DNA from: Podarcis erhardii
Lineage: Eukaryota
Length of the DNA: 64,000 nucleotides
Direction: 5' to 3' (one strand)
Assembly (NCBI GenBank): GCA_964252035.1
Contig: OZ176202.1
Both the position numbers and the translations under genes were made by a program. Positions 37,876 through 49,574 of this stretch are shown here, in pieces. Numbering within the stretch: position 1 is the stretch's first letter; every line of letters begins with the position of its first letter. Below the pieces are notes generated by a model. It worked only from the letters and a program-made list of their open reading frames with translations, made no database searches and was not told the DNA's origin.

Positions 37876-38509
37876 GGCTAATGGCTGATCACTTGTGTAT
37901 GTAGTGGATTGCAAGCATTGTCCCAAGCAGGGTTGCATCCCCTTCCCCCAGATTGGTTATTTTCCACCACTGCCTCAGAGTTGTGCAAGGTACTAGTCGG
38001 TTAAGTTTTTGTTTTGTTTTCTTCTTTAAAAAGCCCTCACTTTTGCACTTCTCCCAGTTTTACCACTTAGTAAATCTATTTCCAGAGGCGTTGTTGGAAG
38101 TGCCTGGTGAATAGTACCACAGATTCTTTCCCACTCACTCACCTAAACCGCTGAGCCAGTCTGCTCAAAATTCTTATGAGAAAATGTCAGAGTCAAGTAG
38201 CTGGTGGTGACTGGTGAGCTTTAAAGAAGTGCACTTATGAGTCACCTTGCAGTAGGCCTGCCTCAGAGTTAGGCCCGGTGGCAGCTATTCTTGTGTGAGT
38301 AACAAGCAGCATAGCCAATTCTTTGTGAAGGGCATGCAGGTGTTTCATAGGGTTCCAGTAAAAAATGAAGTGGATCCTGCAAGGCAAAGTCTGTTCACCC
38401 CTGGCATGCATCCCTAATTTTTTTCAGGCATCAGCTAGAACAAGGGCTCTGGCAAAATGCAGCTGTCATTTCAGCTGGCCCTTACAGTTTCTGTCTGCGT
38501 TTGGATATA

Positions 38510-39019
38510 CCGTATTTTGCACCCCATAGGACTCACCGGCCCATAGGACGCACTTAGATTTTTTTTGGGGGGGGGGGAATAAAGAAAAAAAAATATTTCC
38601 CCCCCAGGTGCGGGGCTGGAAGAACCAGGTTGGGGAACAGCAGGAACGCACGCTCCGCCTCCCCGCTGTCCCCCGAGCTTGTGGGGCTGGCGATGGGGAG
38701 AAGTGCGCTGAGCCCGGGACTGCAGGCAGCTCTGCGCAGCCATCGGGAGCTGGGCAGGACTTCGCGCCCGGCTCCCGATGGCTGTGCAGAGCTGCGCTGA
38801 GCCCGGGACTGCAGGCAGTTCTGCGCAACCCTCGGAGCCAGTCTCCCGAGGGTTGCACAGAGCTTCCTGAAGCCTGGAGAGCGAGAGGGGTCGGTGCGCA
38901 CCGACCCCTCTCACTCTCCAGGCTTCAGCGAAAGCCTGCATTCGCCACATAGGACGCACACACATTTCCCCTTCATTTTTGGAGGGGAAAATGTGCGTCC
39001 TATAGGGCGAAAAATACGG
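38510..39019. mobile_element. Tc1/mariner (pogo/Tigger-like) MITE, 510 bp
   Basis: TA TSD at 38508-09 and 39020-21. TIR ccgtattttgcaccccataggac / ccgtatttttcgccctataggac. CpG-rich core with three hairpins. Confidence 0.9.
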
Positions 39020-39404
39020 TAGTTACAGAAATAATAAAGAACAGATAAAGCAATTGCTGCTCTATTGTTTTGTTAGTACAAAGCTGCTTTCCCCGCCCTC
39101 TAAAACCCTTCCTTAAAGGGAGGAAAAGTCAGCTCTCACCATGAGGTTATGATTTGGCCTCTGCTACGCATTCTCTTGACGCTGCTTTCCGCAGCCACCG
39201 TTTTGCAATTTCATGACACAATGGCTCCCCTCTCTGCTACGGCAATCTGTTTCTCCTGAAAGCAACAATAACAACAAAACATTAGATAAGGGATCTAGGG
39301 CAAAGCAAACTGATACTGGATTAATATTGCATACAAATTCCAGCACTATGGGGAGAAGCATATTCATGAATAACCTGAACAGACTTTTAAAAATCTGACT
39401 GCTA

Positions 39405-41067
39405 GACTTCCGGGTTGGCGCCATCGCCGAATGGTGGACTCCCTCTGAGCTCTGGAGGGAGCCTGCTCGGCAGGGGCTGGGTTCTACCGCGTCGGCGTTG
39501 CGGGGACCCTCAAAAACCATGGGCGCTGAAACCCATGGGCATGGTGACTTGGCGGGCACCGTTTGCGCCCCCCGACCCGCGAAGGAGCCTTTTTAAAGGC
39601 TACGGAGCGGGTGCCGGGGGGGTGTGGTGCTATGAGTCCTCCGCTTCCCCTACCGAGCGAAGCCGCATGCCATTTGGCGGAGAGCGCTGACTTCTTCCAT
39701 TGAAAATTTGGATTAAAAAGAACAACCCGTGAGTAATTGGAAACTGGACTTAAAAAGGGGAAAAAAATTAAATTCGGAGCGAGCGGGGGAGGTGCAAAAA
39801 GGAAGTCCGCCTCCCCCCTGTCGTAGAGGATTTAAAGCAAAGGATTTAACAACTAAGATCAAGTGCTACCTTATTTTGATAAAGTCACTAATTTCACGAT
39901 GGAAAATTATAAGACTGGGCTGGAGGAGAAAAGTAGAACGTGAGCTAAAATGCAACCCCCCCCCCCAAGGAGCTGTCAAAGCTGAAGAATAAAAAGAGAA
40001 CTTTGTTATGAGGACTTTGCCGGTTACATTTGTTACAAATTAGATATAAATTGTTTAAAACAAGGAATAACAAGTTACTTTGAATGTTGGGTGCGATCTG
40101 GAAGGAAACTGAGTTACTATAATCCCTCTAGAGGGGCTGTGGGACACTACAAGTATTGCTGGCATGGAATTTGAATTGGGCTTTTTATCTCCTGGGAAAC
40201 TGCAGAAATGGAACACTATTTTGTCTACAGAGGTCTCTACACTAAAGGAGACAATAGATTTATCTATTGAAGAATGGAAGGGACTTGACGTAAAGTTTTG
40301 TTCCTGAATAACAAAGCCTCTGTAGGGGATTTAGAAGCTTTTGGAATTGGAACATTTTTGCAGGAGAGCAGGAAAAGAAACTAGAGGAAAGTGAGGAGAG
40401 AGAATAATAAGAACAACATGAACAACAAGAATTGGACAAAGCTGGAAGTGGGAACATTTGGGACATCCAGATTTGAAAGGTCTAAAGAAACAAAATTGGA
40501 GTTTTTACTCTTAAATACAGAGATCTGGATGGAAAAAATGGACCTTTTTGAGATAGAGCTTTTCCAAGATTGGACGCTTGAAACTAAAGATGATCAAAAA
40601 GACGGCAAAGACTATTAAAAAGACGGCAAAGTGGACTTGTGAAGGATTTCGGCCTAGATGTGGGATCTCCAGGATGACAACAGGCATTGATGGACATTGG
40701 GGAACGCAACCGGGAAAGGGGGGAGGGAAATTTGGAATCCAAAGGGTGTTAAATTATACTTTATTCTTTGTTCTATTTTCTTTTATTTTAATCTGTTCTG
40801 CATATTAAAGAGGGGAACTCGTGGAAGGGAGCGGGGTCGATTTTAGGGGATGGAAAAACATTCTTAACATTGGGTTAATTATAATAAGTTTAAAATTTGG
40901 GGTAAGAACTTGTTGAATCTATTTGAAGGAATTGGAATACAAGAGGGGGTGGGGTGGGGAAGTCCTGGCAAGATGTTAATGAAAATAAGGTTATAAAATG
41001 GATGTTTTATTTCTTTTCTTTTTTCTGTTATATTTGAAAATGTTCAATAAATATTATTAAAAAAAAA
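39405..41067 (+). mobile_element. Short (1.66 kb) L1-like non-autonomous retroelement with both ends intact
   Basis: Perfect 17-bp TSD taaaaatctgactgcta (39388-39404 and 41068-41084) at a TT/AAAA L1-endonuclease site. CpG-rich 5' end starting GACTTCCGGGTTGGCGCC. AATAAA at 41046-41051 followed by an A-tail. Confidence 0.88.
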
Positions 41068-41989
41068 TAAAAATCTGACTGCTAATGAAGAGGTGACTTC
41101 GTTTGATAGAGGGCTTTGACGTGCAAGCCAGGCTCAGTTCTTCAACCCGAGGCACTGCAGAGGTGACGCCCCCAGCAGGAATCTCCAGCTGCTCCAGACC
41201 CTCTGTACACAGCAGGGAATATGTGTCCTCATGTATTAAACACATTTTAATGAAGAAGAGTTATCTGAAGTGACTTTCCATTTGGTAAATGGTCTCATTT
41301 TTCTTGGGGGGAGGGGAGCCACCCATGTTGAGTCAAGTCTGCTGGGCAGAATCCCTAAATTCCTGCACAGGTAGAAAACTGTACTGTGCCAGGGGCCTAA
41401 ATTTCTGCCAATGCAGTTATACTCTTGGTGGGATCCCACCACTAGAATAAACTTTGCACCAGGGCCAAGGAATCTTTGACACTCCAGCTGTTGCTGAGCA
41501 GAAGCTTCCATCAGCCCTAGCAAGCCCAGCCAGCGGCCAGAGATATAGTTCAGTAACACTTAGAGGGCCAAAGGTTCCTGTTTTAAACCACTGGAGTACT
41601 GTCAGGGCAGGGAAGAAAAGTATGTGGTGTATGGATATGGAGTGGAATTGTGAGGGAATCCTATATACACTCAGGGCTTGTTGCCAGCCCCACCCCTTGC
41701 TATGGCACAGCTTTACACAAGCAAAAGCAATGGTATAAGTTAAAATGTTTCCACTGCAGTCAAGGGAGATCCCCATAGCTGCAGGAAATGACAAAATTCT
41801 GATTAGCCCTGCAGCCAGTCATAGCAATGTGATGGGGTTAGCGATGGTGGGGGATTTGATTCAATCTGCATTTAAAGATGAACTTAACCAATTTCCATTT
41901 GCTGAAATAGTACACGAACTGAAACACAGTCATTCATTGAAATTCAAGCTTCTCCCAATTTCGTGATGTAGTTCTACAATCAAGTAATA

Positions 41990-42171
41990 TGAGCTGCATA
42001 TATTAGGATAAAGTATGCAGATAAATGCATGTATTGGTGAAAACAGCACACAAAAGTAACAATCAAAGACTCCATTGCAAAAATGTATATATTGGGCAAA
42101 ATTGCGTACAAAAATGTGGTTGGGAAATTCACACTAAAACGCTGGTGAATTTTCATGAGGATGTTAAAAGG

Positions 42172-42212
<41 letters not shown>

Positions 42213-42296
42213 TATTATTCACAAACTGATATGGAAATGTGGAGAACTGAATTTAAGATTGGAAAAATGAGAAGTTGAGAGAAACTGAACTTTACA
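41990..42296 (+). mobile_element. AT-rich squamate interspersed repeat (class uncertain)
   Basis: ...gaattttcatgagga...gaaatgtggagaactgaatttaagattggaaaaatgagaag. An inverted copy lies at 49575-49975. Confidence 0.7.
42172..42219. repeat. (TAA)n microsatellite ending in a short inverted (TTA)n
   Basis: Direct reading. Confidence 0.95.
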
Positions 42297-44263
42297 TATT
42301 AGTTCATGTCTACTCTAGGTCCTAAGCTAAGAAACTCTGATATGCTACATCAGGGAATAAAGGCTGAAGATACATTGCTTTATTATCATATCTATAGAAC
42401 TTAGAGCACATACTGGTTAGTTATAAGTACACTGGCAAAGGGACATTTTGCACCTGTGCATGCACCAGAACTTGCCCTACCATTAACCAAAATGAAGCAG
42501 ATGCCTCAGGCAGCGGATGGCAGCATAACTTTTACGTAGTAATTGGCTGGAATATACTGGTGTTTCTAAAGCACTGCAATTAGAATAAACATATGATTTA
42601 TTACTGGAACAGGAAATGGCCATGGCATTTCAGAAAATCCATACATCAGACACACAATGGAGTATTTCATACTAAGATTATGTGATCAAACAAGAGATGC
42701 CTTTGTTTGTGTGACTTAAACTTACAGCAATTGATTTACAGTCCCCCATCTTCTATCCCATCTTCACAACTATAGTTGAACTGTCTTACGCAGGTGAAAA
42801 TTGCCATATCTCTTAGCTGGCATCACATGAAATTCTTCACACCTCAAAATAAACCTGCCTTTTCTCCATATGCATTTCCCACTCTCCAGAGTCTCTATTT
42901 GATCAGGTTAGAAGAGATGGCCAATTCCCAAAGACAAACAACATTAATGAACTGCCTTCTTGAAATATATCTTGAAGAGGAGGCCACACTGAGGATGTAT
43001 AACAACAGCTCTTTAAATATAAAACAGTTTATGGAAGGAACAAACCATGCAGCAGGTGGTTGTTTAGAATGCAGAACTGAAACTTAACTACACGCTGCTC
43101 CAGAGCAGGTACAGCATCCCAGGAAGGCCCGTACTCTGCACTTATTCTCCTCCATTCATTCTTAAATTATGATCTTGCCAAACACTTATATCCATGATGT
43201 GGTGGCAGAATGACCTACAATATAGATCATTTCAGCTGGCAGTCAGCCCAAAGATCAGTATACTTGAGTTCCTAACTACTGCTACTGCTTCTTGAATTTT
43301 GATTAAGCGTTGATTAAACACACGTACAGTATTCAAACAGTCTGGAGCAAACTTGGGTAGCTTTCAGATCACTCCGGAGGACGTTCCAGAAAGGCCCCTG
43401 GGAAGTTAGGCATTGTCTAATGAAAAAATTAATCAAAATGAACTAAAGCTGTGCATTGAATCGAGTTTATTAAAACTGGATTAAGTCTCTGTGTGGATGT
43501 TGCTAATAGGCTTTTAGGATATGCTAGATTAGTTTAATTTAGCCAGGAGAAAGTTTAACAGAAAGCTGTTGAATCCCAGTCTATGCAGCTCATGGGGGAT
43601 TAGTGGGACGATCTAGTTTAATTAAGGGAGGACAAGTGTCAATGATCATAAGTCCTCAGTGACATATAAGTATTGTCAAATGGAGGAGGAGGGAAACCAG
43701 CAATAAACTTATTCAGCAGATGTTATCTATGCCAAAGGTGCTCAGCATGAGGTATGACAAGTCAGGCTTGTGGCACCTGAATAGAAACTTGGGAACTTAC
43801 AGGCTCAGCTCTGTTATAGTCAGACCTGCATATCCTCCCCCCTTTTGTGTTGCTCCATGTTGCAACATGGAGGCTAGAGGCAAAACAGACACCAAAATCA
43901 GACAAAGCACAAAGGGTCTCTTGTTCCATGCTATGGGCACTCAAGTTTACTGGAACCCTTGCCAAACTTTTTGGTCAGTAATGATCTATACTAGAGGTGT
44001 GTTTCGTCCCTACCATGCATGCACACACACACATGCACATACTATCTCTAGGGCTCTCAAAAAAATCTCTGGCTATCAGCCCACCAAAATTTGTGGACAC
44101 TGTTGCTGCTGACTCTCCCCAGACTTGGGAGAGAGGCAAGGTCCTTTCCCAAGAATAGGGAGGCTTGTCTAGCTTCTAGCACTGTGCTGCAGCAGACTTA
44201 CTGCATTGTGTGGAAGACAAGCAAGCTTCTCATATAACTGGGGCAGGAAATCTAGTGTTATCC

Positions 44264-44355
44264 AGATGTTGTTGTTGGAATCTGACTCCTGTTAGCCCCA
44301 ATCTGCATGGTCAATGTTCAGGGATGCTGGAAATTGTAGTCCAATAATCTGGAGG
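44264..44355. mobile_element. Short palindromic squamate MITE, degraded
   Basis: ccagatgttgttgttgg...ggtcaatgttcagggatgctggaaattgtagtccaataatctggagg. Confidence 0.65.
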
Positions 44356-46941
44356 TTTCCTGCCCCATTATATGGTCTTGGCAACTGGCAATGCTACTTT
44401 TTGCCAGTGTAAACAATCTTCAGATTCTGATTCCTAGGTAACCCCTAGACATTGTCTACTCCCTGTACAGTTCTGGAAGGAAGGGATACAGGGAGGGAGA
44501 GGTGCATTTCCACATAACCTAGACAACACAGGAATCTATCCTTCCCTCCCACATAATGGATGAAATTTCCACAAGTCTCCCAATGAAGCATCTCTCAATG
44601 AAACATCAGTAGCCCATGCATGGGCTATGAAGTTATGCAGTTGATTTGTATCTCAAACCCAGTGAAACCACCATTTTGTTCTAGATGCTAAGAGCATCCA
44701 GGATGGAACCTAACAAGAATGCAGACCACACCAAAGCTTCCTATAATCTGTGATCCCATGGTTTCTGAAACCTGATTGTGCCCCTACCGTGCATGTGAAG
44801 AAAGTGGCAAGGGTAGGCCTCTTTCCACACGGCTGGGGTAGAGTGTGAAATCCATTGTGGATCCTACAATCTCTTTCAGAGCTCTGTCAAAGTGAAATGG
44901 ACCCATTCCATTCTCCATCAACATGTTTTTGGGTGGAACCAAGCAGCTTCTCTATACTGGTGCATCTTAAAATATGATCACAGAAATTGGACATATGGGC
45001 TTGGATCCTGAGAACTGCTGGTGGAAGGGGATTGAAGACTGATGACTTTTCTAACCCTCCTACCCTGGAAATCCCCAAGCCCAGGAGAGTCATATTCCAA
45101 GGCTTGGGAGAGCCCTCTGAATGGGGTAGGCTGTGGATCAAGAAGCTTGGGGGCAAGGGGAAGCCAAACTCCACAACCCATTCTATTTAGGATAAAATTT
45201 CTGAGGACTCAGGGGGCTAGCAGAAGAGAGGGGTCAGGAAAGTTGCCTTTCAATAGCCCTCTTCCCCTAACACATGTTGAGAGCAAAGCTATTCACTCAT
45301 TGACATAAGCACAAACCTAAGTTCAGTGGTCCACTGCAAACCTCCCTAAAGTCAATTGAGTGGTGATGTGCTAAATTGCAGTTTGTTATCAACTCAGTCA
45401 AGCAGCTTTATACTTGAATCCAAGCCACTGGCCTGGATAGGAAACAGTGTTCACCATGCACCTCAGGGCTGCATGAAGCATCTCAACGAGCATGCAGAGC
45501 AGAATGAAAATTTAATTATAATGTATTGAGATAACAATTTTGTTGAAATACAAGGAACTAAGACAATGCTGTAATAGCTTCCACTTCTTTATCAGATCAG
45601 GTGTTAGGAGGCTAGCACTATTATAAGCAGACATTTCTCCCTGCCCATTCCTGTTGCATTTGATTTCTTCCCATAGGAGTAACAGAGGGCAGCTCACATC
45701 CACAGCAGTCAAAACGAATAATGAAGAGGAACATTGGATTTGCTGGCAAGCAGGCCAGAGGCAGCCTATCACCACTTTCCCTGCTTCAGGTTAAGCTTGT
45801 CCAAAGGTTTGACTGCATGGGAAGTTGGACTTAATCTGCTTAGGGTTCCAAAGGGCAATGACATAGATTTGAGATGAAAATAAGTAGGTAGCTTCGTGCA
45901 TTATATCATAATGACTTGGGGTCAGATTAGTTTATCTGTATGGCTACAGATCTCTGTCTAGGAGAGTTAATAATATCAGCCAGCATTTTCCCAAAATAAA
46001 TTCATGTTTTTTAAATAAAAAATACTTATATTTTACTATGCTGTAGTGTTGCTTGATTGCCATGGCTTATAATAAAGATCTCTGTGGGCTAGCTAGATAC
46101 ACTGCATGTTCGAGAGAACAGAACAAAATTCCAGACTCACTGGTTTATTCCTCCCTAAGGTTTGCCATTCAAATTTCTTAATAACATATAAGAAAAATGT
46201 AAACTACCATCTCTACTGATTTGTAGCTTAGACATGACAACATTCAGAATTTCCCCCCAAACAATTCCAACCAGATCAAGCATTAATTACTTGGCAATTT
46301 TCTGAAGTATGATGCAATGTCTGAAAGTTGTCTGCTTTTCAGCTTTAATTATGTCAGTGGCACTGTATCTCAAACAGATGAAAATCCTATTGATTTCAAT
46401 GGCGCTACCCAGTAAGCAAACTTTGGATTGAAGCCTAAATTGCACAGCAAAGGTATTTGTTTAATGTACCATTGTAAACAGCTCACTCAAAGTTGAGAAA
46501 ATGTCAAAATTGTCTACATGCATAATAGAAAAATTGAGGGTCCTTAATAATTATGGAGCTATTAAGCAACCACTTAAAGCAAATTAATCATGTCTCCAAG
46601 TATGACTGGTGGATAAGTTTTAGACAGAATGTTTTTCTAGCATCACTGCCTTTGATGCCTGTGAAAAGAGGATGGAGGCAAAATGCAAAGATGGGTTAAA
46701 AGTTCAGCAATTTGCTGTCTACCTAACCTTCGTTTCTATGTACATATATTTTTGAGATAATCTATGTGAAGGACTTCATACTCTCAAAAGGGTAGAGGCC
46801 AGATCTCAGCCTCTTATGGTCTAAGGCACTCACATAGGTAGGGTGGACAGTATTGTTATCTCCATAATAGGACAGTACCATTATTTGCACAAACCAGAAA
46901 AGAGGCTGAAGCTAAGGAAAAATGGCTCACTTGTGGCAATG

Positions 46942-47187
46942 GTAAAGGTAAAGGTAAAGGGACCCCTGACTGTTAGGTCCAGTCGTGAATGACTCTGGGG
47001 TTGCGGCGCTCATCTCACTTTATTGGCCGAGGGAGCCGTCGTACAGCTTCTGAGTCATGTGGCCAGCATGACGAAGCTGCTTCTGGCGAACCAGAGCAGC
47101 GCATGGAAACGCCGTTTACCTTCCTGCTGGAGCGGTACCTAGTTATCTACTTGCACTTTGACGTGCTTTCGAACTGCTAGGTTGGCA
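46942..47187 (-). mobile_element. Sauria SINE, 5'-truncated
   Basis: (GGTAAA)3 tail, and the body stops at ...gctaggttggca with no tRNA head. 9-bp TSD gtggcaatg at 46933-46941 and 47188-47196. Confidence 0.95.
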
Positions 47188-47348
47188 GTGGCAATGATAG
47201 GACGTGCAAAATAAATGGTTTTTTTATTATTATCATTTCCAACCCAGTCTTTGTGATGCCATCTTTGGATTTCTTCAAAATGCAGTAGAAATCACATTCA
47301 TGTGAATTTTTAATCATTTTATTTCCGTCTTGAGTTGGGTTCCTGGAA

Positions 47349-47528
47349 AGGGTCATGGCTGAGTGGTAGAGCAGCTCTTTAGCATTCAGAAGTCCCAAGG
47401 TTTAATCCCCAACATCTCCAAACTGGGCTAGTCTGAAATCCTGGAGAGCTGCTGCCAATTGTGTAGAGAGTACTGAGCTAGATGGAACAATTGTTCTGAC
47501 TCAGGGTAAGACAGCTTCCTATGTTTCT
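47349..47528 (+). mobile_element. tRNA-derived SINE with CR1-like tail (Squam2-like)
   Basis: A-box head ggctgagtggtagagc and B-box-like ggtttaatcccc. Tail gagctagatggaacaattgttctgactcagggtaagacagcttcctatgttt. Confidence 0.8.
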
Positions 47529-47983
47529 GTGAATATACATGTTTTAGTTTTAAATATATTTTTTAATATGCATGTTGATAAAATAAGTTTCTGAAGGAAA
47601 AGGCTTTGTTATGTGTTTGCCTGGTGCATATAAAAGTTATAGCCAGTGGTGCAGCATGGGCTGCCAGCACCTGAGCCTGCACAGAGGGTGATGGGTGGGA
47701 GAGAGGGAAATGGACGTAGTATATATGCACTTTCAACTGCCTAAAGGCATACGTGTCTCCCAAGAGACTGCAGCCATAGAGATCAGAAAAGAAGAGTTGT
47801 TCTATTGTCTGGAGAGGTCACTTCCTGGTTCGCAAGGAGAAGCCATTTTCAACAGAGCCCAGCAACGGAAAGGGACAGCTGTATTGAGGCAGCACTGGCT
47901 GTTGAAATTTTGCACCCTTAACATTATGCACCCAAGGCAACCACCCTTGTAGTCCCCCACTCTACGCCACTGGTTACAGCTGA

Positions 47984-48121
47984 CAGTGGTTCTCAACCTG
48001 TGGGTCCCCAGATGTTGTTGGACTACAACTCCCATCATCCCTGAGCTCTGGCCTTGCTAGCTAGGGGTGATGGGAGTTGTTGTTCAACAACATCTGGGGA
48101 CCAACAGGTCGAGAAAGGTTG
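47984..48121. mobile_element. Short palindromic squamate MITE
   Basis: cagtggttctcaacctgtgggtccccagatgttgttggactacaactcccatcatccc...gggtgatgggagttgttgttcaacaacatctggggacc: long inverted arms. Confidence 0.85.
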
Positions 48122-49574
48122 CCTTAGAAGAAAGATTTACATCCTATGGAAGAGAGGAGACAGAATGCTTTTTTTAAAAAAAGATGGTGATTGCTGCCTG
48201 AAGTTATCTGTTAAGTACTTGTATTAATATATATTGTGATTTTTTATATATATAAATCCGCTGCCTGAGTCAGCTGATCAAAAGTGTTTTCAGGGGCTTA
48301 TTTGTGAACAGTTAATCTAAGCAGTTAATTGAAGGTTGCAATCCTTCCAGCATTAGTTCTTTCTTTCATTTTGGATTTGAAATTTTGATCACATTATTAG
48401 GTCCTGAACGTATCTATGTGGCAATCTCTCATCATGCTCGTTTAGTAAGCAATTTGTCTCTTTTGTGAGAAGGTGCTCCTAGAGATCAGAGAAGCTTTCA
48501 TAAACTTAACCTCCCTCCACAATGAAACCCTGTCATAATCCCTCAAAAATTGGGATCAAATGTGTAGGTCATATGATGCTTCAGCAGGCAGCCTAACCAA
48601 ATGATGGGAATCTACAATAGTAGCGTATTTACATGAAATAAGGACAAAAGATTGGGAGTTCATAGTAAGTCAGTTAGGGAAAGCTCAAATCATTTTTGAA
48701 AGACATTGGCAGTTGAATACTATAACTGCTCAGAGAGGATGGGGAGCAAAGAGCTGGTATATTTCAGAAATCAAAAAAAGTTCCCTATTATTCAACACTC
48801 CAGTGATGGAGAAATAGGTTTTGTATCCTTTAATAATAACTGGATAAAGGTGGTCAGATTTCGGAAATTACTGTTACAGGTATCACCAGATCCTTTTTGC
48901 CAGTCTCCTAGCAATCATTGAATTCTATTTGTATCAGTTGATGAGCTATCAACATACTAATAAAAAAAGATGAGAACATGCACACCTGGAGAAGAATGGG
49001 GGAATTTTTATGTGGAACCATCATGTGACAAGCCAAGCTAAGAAGATCCAAATGCATGGGGTTTTTTAAAATTCAAAATATCCTAACCCCATCCTTAAAC
49101 TCCTGTAGCCTGTCATCAAGCAGGTTAGAAACAAGAATTACTGTGTATTTAATTGAATTCCCCAAAAAGTTAATGAAGTGGCAGGCTCCTTTGTCACATC
49201 AGAAGACAAAGAGACATCCAATTCAGATGCTAAATAAATAAAGGCAGACATGATTCATCAATGTTGCCCAGGGCTGTCTTTTCTACAAAAAGGAAATGGC
49301 CCAAATAATGGTAAAATAAATCAGGTCCTACTCATTTCCTTGGTGCCTAATCTGGGAATGGACTAAACTCTTAGGTGCACAAAATATGGAGCAATCCGTT
49401 GGCACTGCCTTATCAAAGTAAAACTTGTCTTGAAGTGGAAAACAAAGCAAATAATAATAGAAACTCAGGTAAGCAAGCAGATTTCATATAGTCAGTGAAG
49501 CCCCTTGCCCATAGCTGTTGATCTTACCCACATCAGAATAAAAATAACCATCATGAACTGATCAAAAATCAAGA

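Noticed and set aside
38466-38965. Four overlapping 114-164 aa ORFs
   Set aside because: They lie inside the GC-rich palindromic MITE core. High GC content and palindromy suppress stop codons on both strands.
39149-39259. 36-codon ORF with a signal-peptide-like start (MIWPLLRILLTLLSAATVLQF...)
   Set aside because: Too short, no splice donor to extend it, and a weak start context. Hydrophobic runs are common in T/C-rich DNA.
41980-42270. ORFs with poly-Tyr or poly-Ile tracts (also the YI, RE, SL and CV dipeptide ORFs at 24754, 31369-31745 and 55944)
   Set aside because: Translations of microsatellites.
43853-43872. p53 response element interpretation of the CATG-containing palindrome
   Set aside because: The flanks do not fit RRRCWWGYYY in either half-site.
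47349-47420. Possible tRNA genes at SINE heads (also 23320, 56250, 59439)
   Set aside because: They have only A/B-box similarity with no complete cloverleaf, and they continue into SINE bodies.
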